NCBI GenBank assembly: GCA_043228905.1
Contig: JBHGNT010000011.1
Span: forward strand, 4,650,001-4,714,000
Direction of reading: 5' to 3'
Length of the DNA stretch: 64,000 bases
Origin: Azolla caroliniana
Taxonomy: Eukaryota; Plantae; Polypodiophyta
Both the position numbers and the translations under genes were made by a program. Shown here piece after piece: positions 1 through 11,531 of this stretch. Every line of letters begins with the position of its first letter. The first letter of the stretch is position 1. Below the pieces are notes generated by a model. That model saw only the letters and a program-made list of their open reading frames with translations, had not been told where the DNA came from and did no database searches.

Positions 1-102
1 TTTTCCTACACAGAGGCGCAGAAGCACAGAAGAGCGATCTGACGCACAGCGCACACACAGCCCGATCCCGAACAACAGACAGCAGAGGAAGAATTCGAAA
101 CA

Positions 103-2953
103 ATGGTACTGTCGGAGGAGGCACGCCAATGGATGAGGGAGAACGGGTTAAAAGGATTGTTGCGGATCGCCGACGCTCCACCACACGCAGAACCAGAGCA
201 GGCGGCAGCATCGATCAATTTATCAGAAATCACGAAAGGAGCGGTGCAGGCGCTCATGGGGATAAAAGCAGGAGGGCTTCAAACAATCGAAAACCCTTCA
301 AGTGAAATCCTGTTCGGAGTATTCTATCAGCAGCAAGGCGTACCGAACACAGGGCGGAGAGAACCTGCTGTTCGGAGAAGTGGCCCACGCCATGATGGAA
401 TACGGATTCGTGAATCCTCGTCCCCCGGCCATAGCCAGGTACCAGGCAGCGTTCTTAATAGCAGCATACGAAGGATTACAAGTAGACTAGCTCCATTTCA
501 TAATCGAAGGATTGAAGGAGGCCATCAAGAATCTTGTGGAAGGAAAAAAGCCATGGGCCGGGATAGCACAATGGCTAACGGTGTTAGTCCCACCGGTGCT
601 CCCCATCACACAAAAGAAAAGAGGTCGGCAAGAGACGACGCCGAGAAAGGTCACAAAGCGCCGACAGATCCTGGAGAAACACACCCCTGGATGGACCCAG
701 CAAGAAGCAGAACAGCGGGGGGAAGGACCATCCCGACAGCAACAGGAACCGGCAACAAAGGCAAAACCAGCAGGAAAAGGCAAAGGGAAATCGGCCGAGG
801 AGGAACCGGTAGCGCGCAAACCAATCCATATAACGCTGTGACGGCCGGAACCGGAACCAGAGGTCTTTATACAAAAGGTCCGTCTGGTAGCCGCACCAGA
901 GGAGGAAGCTGAAACAGAAGACTCATCCGAACCACTGGTAAGACTCCCAGCAAGACAAGGTCGGGAGAGATGGGCGAAAGGACTGGCTCCACCAGTTGAC
1001 AAAACTCAGCAGAGGGCGCAAGGACCACCTCTAGTAGCCGAGGCGGAAGCAGTACCGGAACCCGTACCGAGGGAAGCAGCACCGACACCGGTTGTGCCGG
1101 ACTTCAGAGAATCGGTCATCCCAGAGAAGAAGAATGAACAAGCGCCGGAGCCAGAGAAAAGGCCGGAAAAACAGCCTGCGTTAAGTGAGCAAGGCCACCC
1201 CGACACAAGAAGAACAAAGCCACAATGGCTGAGATGGCTTTCGGAGCAGTTATCGGAAGTAGCGAACCAGTTAGAGAAAGAAGAAACGTGTAGGCAACAG
1301 CTGACGCATACAACAACTCAGGAGTTGGCCGCGCTCCGAACACAGATCGAGGAAATGCAAGGGGAGCTGTTGCAGGCAAGGGAAGGAATTCAACAAGCAC
1401 AAGTTGTCACCGAGCCGGTCGGGACAACAAGGAAGCAACCAGAACCGGTAGCCTTGCAAACCGGCCCTGAGACCGAAAAAATAATAGAAACCTTACGAGA
1501 GGAGTTAAAAGCTCAGGAGGCATTAAGGGAAAGAGAAAGGGAGCAGCGGAAAGCGGTGGAGGACGACAGACGAAAAATGGAAGAAGGCCTCCGGAAAGGT
1601 CGAGCCACTAATGACCGACTGCAAGAAGAAAAAGAGAAGCTGCAAAAGGAGAAGGACCGACTGCGTCGACATGCCGAGCAGGAGATAGAACGACTGCAGG
1701 AAGAACTCCGACAACAGAAGGACCGGGACGATCAGTTAAGAGCTCAGGCAAACCGACGCCTGAAGCAGAAGACGGAGGACTTCGACCGTCTCTACCGAGA
1801 TCACAAGCAGGCCGAGTCGGACAACAAGAAACGGGCAGCAGACTATGACCGGCAAATAGAGAAGCTGAAAGAACAGCTCAAAGAGACCCGATTAGACCTA
1901 GCTAAGGCAATAGATGAGGTCAGTGCCAACAAGGAAGCATTGTCGGCGGAAATAGCCCAAGCAACGGAGAGAAGGAAGGAATTAGAGGCGCTAAGGCAGG
2001 AAAAGCTGGATCTGACCAAGATCAGGAATGAAGAAAAGGAAAAATCGACCTTCACGATCAGCAAACTGCAAAGTACCTATGAAAAGCAGAAAGCGGATTA
2101 CGAGGCCCAGGCTCAGGTAATGGCCGACATTATAAAACGGGCAAGGAAGGAAAAACAAGAAGCTTATGCGCATTCTAAGGCGGGGGTTGACTGGATCAAG
2201 CTCATCATGTCAGGTTGGAGTACCCGAGCTCAGGCAAGCATCAACGAAAGTACGGAAAAGCTATGGAAGGAGTGGTCACAACAGGCAGCCGAGCTGCAGA
2301 CACTCCGAGCGGATGCCGAGAATCGGAGGAAGACCGGTGACAAGTTCTACAAGATGGATGAAGAAAGTATCGTCGCCATTCGGGAAGAATTGTCAGAGGA
2401 TTTCTACGCTTTAGCGGAAGAACATCTCAAAGAAATCTGAGGGTTGGTAGAGAGGTTGGATGACGGGCAGCTCGCAACTCAGTTGGAGTTGGAGAAATAC
2501 GAGCAGGACCGGTTACGACAGGAAGCCAAGGGAAGAACGACGCCAATCACTATAAGTGAGGGAGAGCGATCGGCTGAAGTTGAACCAACCGACGAGGAAT
2601 ACCCGAAGAAGAACTTCCGTTCGAAGGAGAAGAAGAAGAGCAGGAGCAGACCGATGCCGGAGAAGAAGAAGAGCTGAGACCGGAAGACACTAGAGCAGAG
2701 GAAGAAGGCGTACCGAGCCGACCAGTCGAGACCGGAGAAAGCGACACTGGTAACAGAACAGAGCCTGGAACGGAGGGAGAACAGGAAGAACCTGGACGAA
2801 GCGGTGAGGAAGCACCGGCACCACAGAATCAAGCAGAGCCGGAGCAGCAAATTTTTACGGAACAGCCAACCCAACCGGAGGTCGGAGACCAGGCAGGCAA
2901 GGAACAGGAATTGGAGGAAGAAGCACCACTTGACACCATCGAGCAGAGTGTGA
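103..2953 (+). pseudogene. Retroelement accessory ORF (~950 aa): N-terminal globular plant-transposon-protein-like region, long coiled coil, acidic tail; decayed
   Basis: ORFs 302, 512, 1094 and 2444 share one frame, separated by TAG/TGA stops consistent with TGG/CGA deamination; one frameshift near 290; motif AFLIAAYEGLQVD*LHFIIEGL; E/K/Q/R heptad-rich 1200-2440. Confidence 0.65.
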
Positions 2954-2963
2954 AGGGGGAGTT

Positions 2964-3603
2964 TGTTAGGAAACAGGTCCCTCCGGATGGGATGACCCGG
3001 TGTGAACCGGATGAGGAGTACCCGGCAACGGAAGACCCGGTGAGAACCGGATGAGGAGTACTCGGAAACGGAAGACCCAGTGAGAACCGGATGATGAGTG
3101 CCCGGCAAGCGCCGGATGATGCAGGCCCAGTGAGGAGTGTTCACCGGATGAAGGGACATATTCGTAAATATGTTTCTGAGAGTCCATTGGGGTTATATTT
3201 GTAAATAGCCGAAAAGTCATATTAGTATAAATATGACTTAGGGCAAATTTAGCAGTTAGTTGTTGTCATTGTTGTTGGCGCAAGACTAGAGAGCGTGTAA
3301 CAGTGTACAGAGAGAGAGAGAGAGAGAGGAAGAGGTCGTTGCCTCTGTTGTAACCGCTGCCTTTGGCGAAGATCGTGAGCACGAGGTCGTTGCCTCCGTG
3401 AGGTCACTGTTGTAATCATTGTGATATAGTGATAGTTTGGAGTCTGTGAACTCCCGTGGTTTTTCCCTCTCAGGGTTTTCCACGTTAAACATCCTGTTAC
3501 TCTTCTCTCCTTTGTGTCATGCTTTCATTTCCCATTTTCTGTGTATGATTCTAAGCTCGGTTGTGGTCGAGCGTTGCGCATAGAGAGTGTGTAGTTCTTG
3601 TCA
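2964..3603 (+). repeat. LTR, copia family B (3' LTR of B1)
   Basis: TG...CA termini, ~40 bp CCGG-rich U3 tandem units, TATAAAT, (AG)n; matches 32281-33012. Confidence 0.9.
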
Positions 3604-6600
3604 CTTTGTGCGAGCGTGGAATATGGGGTTCTTGGCGAGCTGCATGCTGCTTATGTTGTCACAGTAGATCAGGATCAGGGTCGGCACCTTGATCCGCAGG
3701 TCTTGCAGCAATCGTTGAAGCCAAATGGCGTCACAGGTGGCAACGGTAGCACCCCGGTATTCAGCCTTAGTGCTCGAAAGGGCCACTGTTGGCTGCTTTT
3801 TGCTGCTCCATGCAACATCCGCGCTACCTAGGGAAATCATATAGTTGGAGGTGGATTAGTGATCTGATGCATCGTCGGCCCAGTCGGCTACATAGCTCTT
3901 CGGTTATACCATGCCAATATAACAGTCCACAGTCCTTCGTGCCGCTCACATATTGCAAAATTCGATGCACGCACAAAAGGTGCTCCACGGTCGACCGGAT
4001 AATTGATGTCGGGTCGGGTGATTGTCAAATATATAAGGCTTCCGATGATTTGTCGGAACTGCTTCTCATCACAGGCCAGTCTGGAGTCGGGACGGAGCTT
4101 CTGGTTCCGGTCCAAGGGTGTGGAGATCGGTCGGCATTCCATCATGCCGAACTTGTACAACATATTCAACACATAGTGTCTTTGTGAGAGCAATATGCCG
4201 TCGGGCGTTCGGGTTCCCTCGATCCCAAGCAAATAGTGAAGGTCCCCCAGGTTCTTCATCTCAAATGCGTCTGACACCTGGGACTTGACTCGACTAATTT
4301 CATCGAGTTCGGGTCCGGTGATGACTAGATCATCAACATACAACAAGATGCAAACCAGACCATCCGGACCTTGCCAAATGAACAACGAAGAGTCGGACTT
4401 GGAGGCCGCAAACCCCATCTTACGCAATCGGTGTGTGATCTTCGCATTCCAAGCTCGAGGGTCTTGCTTCAGGCCATAAAGTGACTTCTTCAGCCGGCAT
4501 ACCGCTGACTTGTTCATCTCCGACTCAAAACCGGGGGGCTGGGTCATAAAGACCTCTTCTTCAAGATCACCTTGAAGAAATGCATTCTTCACGTCCATCT
4601 GGTGAAGATGCCACCCCCTTGCCGCAGCAACCGCTAGCACCACACGAACCCTCGTCATCTTAGCTATCGGAACGAAGGTCTCATCGTAGTCAATTCCATG
4701 GGTCTGCGCGTATCCCTTCACCACTAACCGGGCCTTGTACCGGTTAACCGAACCGTCGGCATTGTGCTTTATCTTGTACACCCACTTACATCCGATCGGT
4801 TTACAGTGTCGGGGAGGGTCAACTAGGTCCCATGTGTCGTTGGCATCAAGTGCCTGCATTTCTTCCTTCATAGCGGCACGCCAATTTGCGTCCTTTGCCG
4901 TTTTTGCGTAGTTTTCCGGCTCACGCACTTCACCCACATTGGTCATGTATGCATAATGATGCGCCATGTACTCATTGTACCAGTACTGCATAACGGGGTT
5001 CTTTAGGCGGGAAGACCGACGTAACTTGGTATTACCCAGTTTGGGGCCCTTCTTGGCCAGGTCGGACTTCGTTCCCGAAGATCCGCCTTCATCCATTCCG
5101 GAGTCGAATTTGCTCTGATATGACTCAACGTTTCCGGTTTCGTATCTCGACATCTTCTTCTTCCCTTTCTCCTTGCACGTGAACCGTTTCCTCAGTTCCT
5201 TGTGCGGGGGGAACATGGCAGAGTCTCCACTACTCACTGGTTCATCTTCCGACTGGTCTATCTGACCCAGTCGCTCGTTCGGCCTGCCAAACCGAAACGA
5301 TTCCGGACTCACAGCTAGAGTCTCGAACCCTTAGTCTTCTAATGGGACCGGCTTAGGCTCACTAGCCTCATCCTCCGGTATCGGGTCGGGGTCGGAAGTC
5401 GGAGCCAGTAAGCCACACAATGATGCCGTCTCATCAAACTCAACATCCCGACTAACTTGGGCCTGCTTCGTCCGGGGGTTATAACACTTATACCCCTTTT
5501 GCTCATGCGAGTAACCAACCAGGATGCATTTCTCTGACTTTGTATCCAACTTCCTCCGCTTCTCATCCGGCACATGCACATAGGCAATGCTACCGAATCG
5601 CTGAAGGTGTCTCAAATTCGGCTTGCGCCCGAAATACAAATCATGCATGGACACCTTGTCACCGATCTGGTTTTGGATATAGACGGCCGTCCGGACCGCC
5701 TCAGCTCAGTAGAAATGGGGCATGCTCTTCTCCTCCAGCATTTCCCTTGCCACATCGACAATCGACGGGTTCTTCCTTTCGGCCACACCGTTTTGCTCCA
5801 GTGTGTACCTGCAACTGAATTCTCCCTGAATTCCATTCTGCTGAAGATAACTGTTGAATTGGCCAGAAACGTATTCTTTCCCGCCATCCGACCGCAGGCA
5901 CTTGATCTTCCTCTCTGTTTCCCGTTCAACCACGCTTTGCAGGTTCCGGAAACACTCGAAGACTTCTCTCTTCCGCTCAATGAGGTAGATCCAAGTGTGG
6001 CGGTTGTAGTCGTCAATGAAGGAGACGAAGTATTGACTCATGCCAAGACTAACGTTCTATGTCGGTCCCCATACATCCGAATGAATAAGGTCGAGCTTGT
6101 TATGGCTATGGTTTCGTTCGGTGGGGAATGGAAGACGGTGTTGCTTCCCGAGTTGGCAGGCTTCACATATTTGGAACTTCCGGCCACTGAACTTTAGCAA
6201 ACCGAAAACAACTTGTTTCATTTGCAGGTCTTGAAGCCTTTGGTAATTGACATGGCCGATCCGCTTGTGCAAGAGATCAATATCCGATTTAATCTTCTGA
6301 TTCAAAGTGGTGCCGACGTCATTGGTGTCGAGGATGAACATCCTCCCATCTCTGCGCCCTTGTGCAATTATCTGGCCCTCTTCTTCGATGAAGCACCCAA
6401 GGTGCGTAAACCGCACCTGCATCCCCTAGTCAACGATCTGAACGACTGACACTAGGTTCTTCGTGATAGTCGGAACGTGTAATACGTTCATCTGCTTCCC
6501 CCTCTGTCCGACGTGACTCAAAGGAACTTCTCCGATATGCACGATTGGGTGAGGAGTGTCGTCTCCAGTTTCGACGACTCCAGGTTGTTCCGGTTTCTCC

Positions 6601-8178
6601 ATGAAGGAGAACCACTCGCTGTGGCTCATCATGTGATTCGACGCATCGGAATCAACATACCACACTTCCTCCAATTTGGAAGTGGTCTTCTCCATCGAGT
6701 TAGCCTCATGTTTCATCGCCAAGGTTGGCCCTTTACCGGTTTTTCTGGTTTTGGATCCTCCCGATCCTTCTACGTAGTATGAGTATTGCCTTGCTGGATC
6801 CGGATCTGTCCGAATCGGCGCGCTTCTTCTAGCACTTGCTTTCTCTGTGGCCCTTTTTACCACAGTACCAGCATTTCATGTCAGGCTTTGCTTGCCGGCC
6901 TCCGGCGCCGCCTTGACTCCCCCTGCTTGTGGAGGGTCCAAAACTGTTGTCGACACGTTCTCTATGCCTTCGGTCCTGCTCTTGCCGGCCACTACCATTG
7001 CGAGCTGACCCGCCTCATCCACCATGCCCATGGGGCCGATCCGCCTTTGTGTACAGTATCCGGCTATCGGCGGGTGCAGTTGTTGATACACTAGCGTGGT
7101 TCTCCTCTACAAGGAGCATCGACTGTAAGTTGAAAAATGACAGCATATTCTCCCTTGTACATATCGCCGTTCGGAACGCTCCGAACTTAGACCTAGGCCT
7201 CCAAGACAGATCTGCACCATCTCATCTTCCTCTACAGTGGCGTTGATAGAGGCAAGTGAGTCACATATCTCTTTGATTCAGGGCGTGTAATCGGCTACCG
7301 ACATGTCCTTTTGTCAGACATTGCTCAACTCCTATCGGAGTTGCAACTTCCGGGCCGTAGTGTTTGCTGCCAAAACGTTCTTCAGGTTTCCCCAAGCTTC
7401 GTTTGGCGTCTTGGCATCTCAGACATGGCTCAACAGCTGGTTTCCGACACTGGATGCAAAGCAGTACATCACTCTGCTCGCCACTTGTTCCCACACTGGG
7501 AAGTCCTTGTGTGCCGCATCAGGTGTTGTGTCGTAGCTCCGTCTAGTAACCATGCCCAAGCAGGTACTAGTGCATCTTGTATGATCAAGATGCATAGTTG
7601 GATCTGTCGAGCTTCTCCACCAGGAGCGAGCTAGCCATTCCTCCGTCCATCACTTCTCTTTCTGTTCTTACCGAGTCTTAGGGTTTGTCTTCAAATGCCG
7701 ATGTCGGCTGCAGAGGTTCCAACCTTCGCGCTCTGATACCATGTAAAAATGAAGGTGCAACAGCATTAAACAACTGGCTTAGCCAGATAGCAACAGAGAG
7801 AGAGAGAGAGAGAGAGAGATTAACTCACAAAAGGTATGCAGAAAACGATAGAGACAGACCAGAACAACTTAAATCTATTATCAACAACTATGTAAAATTC
7901 TCTGTACATACAATGTGCTCAACAGCACTATTTATACAAATCCTAAGAGGACTGACAAAAGTATGGTCTACTTCAATGCTCACAAAAGCATCGGACACTA
8001 ACTACGAGAAATTAACTACCTAGTAGTCTAGGCTGCTACTAGGATTCCGGTTACTGCTGGATCCGGCTAACTAGCTCCCTAGCTCATCGGCTCACTTGCT
8101 CCGGCTCATCCTTCCGGATGGCGATCTGGCTCAGGCTTATTCAGCCGATCCGGATCCGGTTGAGCTTGCCGCTCAACA
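3604..8178 (-). mobile_element. Ty1/copia family A copy A1, interrupted within RNase H by B1; decayed gag-PR-IN-RT
   Basis: WYVDSDASNHM protease, integrase core, RT YVDD, RNase H WSSKKQPTVALSST; PBS-Met (GCTCTGATACCA on + at 7730-7741); 5' LTR 7742-8178; internal deletion near 3850-3950. Confidence 0.93.
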
Positions 8179-11100
8179 GGATGACATGCATGAGTTACAT
8201 GTGATGCATCATCGCCATTTGGTGCACATGCATTGCATGTGATGCATGATAGCTATCATGCTCATTTGAGCTCCCATGTATGAAAATATATATGGGATAA
8301 GTATAATGATGGATATAACCTTAAAACAAATAACCTAGCTTAGTGGTGTATGCTTTGTGCTTGATATACAAGGTTGAGGGTTCAAGTCCCTCAATTTTAC
8401 TTATTGTATTTTAAGTTTATTCCTATATAGTGAAGCACATTCTTGACAACATTTCTAAAAACAAATAGCCTACCCTAGTTGTATATACATTGTGCTTGGT
8501 TTATAAGGTTGTGGGTTCAAGTGTTTGAAATATTACTAAATTTAATATTTTAATTTATTTTTATATCGTGAAGCAAATCCTTCACGACACCCAGCCCCTC
8601 TGAACTTGCACACTGGTTGTGCAAAGTTCATCCAAAATCTTGAAAAAACTCTTCATTCCATTTTTGAATTGGATGTTCCCTCAACCATTCTTTGTTTCTT
8701 TCACGGTTAAACGTTATGGTTAAGAACTGGCCCCTCTTCCTTCCATCATGACTCTTGATCCTTACGAAAGTCGAATCATCATTAATCACAGTTGTTTCCA
8801 TCCTTACTACGTTGATGTATGGTTCACCATCCTTTGTTTCCATACTTACTAGGCTATTGTATGGTTGACCAAGGATAATAGGGTAGGTTGCTCCATCTTG
8901 CACATAGTAATTTTGATCCACCGACACATCTCCCATTGTTACTTTCACACTGGGACATGCTCCGAATAGATCCTCCGTCATCTCTATTGCAACTCTTTTC
9001 TTCGACCCATGATTCTTATCGATTGGCCACCTTCCTTGAGCATAACATTCCGAAGAAATCATGCTAATTTTTTATCCATGATCTATCAAAGAAATATAAG
9101 GAATTTGTTGGTCCGAAAATTGTGTAGGCGCCTCTGTTGTCGCATGAGCCCAATGGTTCTTTGTATAATGACTCCTATCCCCTTCATGAATTGCAATATT
9201 ATTTATCTTCTTTACACTTACAACATTGATGGTGTCACGATCTAGATCTTAGAGTGTTGCTGAACACACTCTCGTAATTTCTTCCGTGACGTGTTTTAAA
9301 TATGTCACGTCTTCTGTGTCCGAAGGAAGCTGGAAAGTTGGGTTTGTCTTCCCTTTTACTTTATCAGCTTCTTTCGACTCAGGAGCATCCTTTTCGATCT
9401 CTCTTCTCTCTTGTTCTTGTGTCTCATGCCTTTTTGCTAGATTAACCTCCTCAACTCTCTTTCGCTTCTCTTCCACTAGTACATCTTGTGCATTCACTTG
9501 GGCGAATGCTGATAGTGCGTCTACTAGATCATTCTATCCAGTGAAGTGTCGTATTTCATCTCCCGCTCCTTTTAATTCATCCACTCGAACCTCCCCTTTT
9601 CTTGCATACTCCATCACACCCTGCCAAAAGTCAAATCCACCATATGAGTCTTCTACACACAACCTGAAGTTTGTCACGAATTGTATCGCTTGAGTCGTTT
9701 CTCTCTCGACGTCTTCCATTAGCTTTTTCATTCCGCATTTCCCGAAGTTGAGCTAGATTGGTTGTTGAGTCTTTGTCAAGTGAATCTTTCCATCTTGATA
9801 GTAGATTTTACCATGATTAAGAGAATCCCTATGTTCTTGACAGTCTTTCTTTTGGTGGTCGACACTATCACACCACATACATCTGCAGACCATTCCACCT
9901 CGTTGCCTTGATGAAGTCGAGCTTTGTCCCGATTCTAGCTTCGTCACTTTGATTGACAACTCTTTCATGCCTTTCACCAATTCATGCAAGAGTGAATCTT
10001 TTATTTTCTTCTCTCCCGAGTCATTCCCCGTTTCGTCTCCCTTCTCCAGCAACTCCATAAACCATAACTTTCTTTTACAAAAATGGGTGCAAGCCCTTTT
10101 CACCTCCTCCCAATCTTCGGTAAGTCCAGTAGGACTATTCTGATCTTCCAGAAGCATTCCCAAGTCTTTCCTGTCTTTAATATTAGTAGCTTGTAGAAAC
10201 AATATTACTTTATCTGGCATTATTATATTTCTATCCCTAACATTTAATTGCTCAAATCTTTCTGAAAACTCTTTTAACACTTCCAAAACACTTAAATGTT
10301 TATTAGACTCTACCCAATCCATGAAAGCTCACCTTGTCATCCTTGACATATCGTTGAGGTTGTATTCATTCAATAATGCTCTTTCGAAAGTTGCCCATGT
10401 CTGATGCTCCCTCTATAGCTCCTGGATCCTTTGTTGTAGCCCAATCACAACGACTCGACTAAGGCTATTAAATTTGGCAGCTTCGTCAACACCTCGTTTA
10501 AGCATTTCTTCATTACTTGTGCAAGAATATTGTCGACGGCTTTTTCGATACTTGCCATCATCCCTTGCTCTCACATCATTCGTTCTATCATCGCACACAT
10601 AAGCCTCATTTGCTCCTCCATTTTTCCTTGATGCCACCTTCACGTCAAATTCACCAAATGTGTTGGGGTAGTTGTGGTTCATGTGGTGAAGTCGCAGGTA
10701 CTAAGGTTAAAGGGAGTTGACAAAACTTTTATAAGGCGTTGCGCACAAATGCTAGGAAGATTAAGGATAAGCAGAATAAGAGTTTAAACTAACGTGTGAG
10801 AGAGAGATGAGCATAGATAAAAGACAGAGAGAATGTATGATTTAAGAAGAAAGAGTATAAGATATGAGCATGATTTATATTAAGAGAACAAGTTTTTACC
10901 AACATTACAATGCTTTATAACAAGATGAACCCTTTCTCTACCGACTCTTGATTTGAACCCTTGACTCGAACATGGAAACACAAGCCTCTTCACCAACAAG
11001 CTAACTTGTTTATTTTATTAATTATGTTCTAACTTTCTCTTGATCCCCTTTTGTTTTTCTTTCCCCTCTTTTTATAAGTATTGCCATGCATATGGTAATG

Positions 11101-11531
11101 TGTAGGAGGATGGCATGCATGTAATGCATGAGTTACATGTGATGCAAGATCGCCATTTGGTGCACATGCATTGCATGTGATGCATTATAGCCATCATGCC
11201 CATTTGAGCTCCCATGTATGAAAATATATATTGGATAAGTATAATGATGGATATAACCCTAAAACAAATAACCTAGCTTAGTGGTGTATGCTTTGTGCTT
11301 GATATACAAGGTTGAGGGTTCAAGTACCTCAATTTTACTTAATACAATATTTAAGTTTATTCTTATATAGTGAAGCACATTCTTGACATTACATTTCTAA
11401 AAACAAATAGCCTACCCTAGTGGTATATACATTGTACTTGGTTTATCAGGTTGTGAGTTCAAGTGTTTGAAATATTACCGAATTCAATATTTAAATTTAT
11501 TTTTATATCGTGAAGCAAATCCTTCACGACA
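8179..11531 (-). mobile_element. RT-less gypsy-like LTR element G1 (gag + aspartic protease only)
   Basis: Direct repeats 8179-8589 and ~11107-11531 ending CCTTCACGACA; 5' LTR ~10661-11531; PPT 8590-8600; tRNA-Trp-like PBS 10640-10656; gag with CMWCDSVDHQKKDC knuckle (9753-10322); protease-like YPIILGQPY (8628-9100). Confidence 0.8.

Larger units (their letters stand above)
1..3603 (+). mobile_element. 3' part of a copia family-B LTR retroelement (copy B1) carrying a long non-pol ORF; 5' part outside window
   Basis: PPT TGAAGGGGGAG at 2951-2961 followed by LTR TGTTAGGAAACAGGTCCCTCC...GTAGTTCTTGTCA (2964-3603), clearly homologous to the LTRs at 32281 and 42994. Confidence 0.85.

Noticed and set aside
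1094-2440. Coiled-coil ORF as a host myosin/SMC-like gene
   Set aside because: Intronless, interrupted by stops and running directly into a PPT-LTR, so it is retroelement-borne
2995-3150. Regular 40-50 bp repeats (also 32345-32570, 43075-43290) as CRISPR or satellite
   Set aside because: They are internal U3 repeats of copia LTRs
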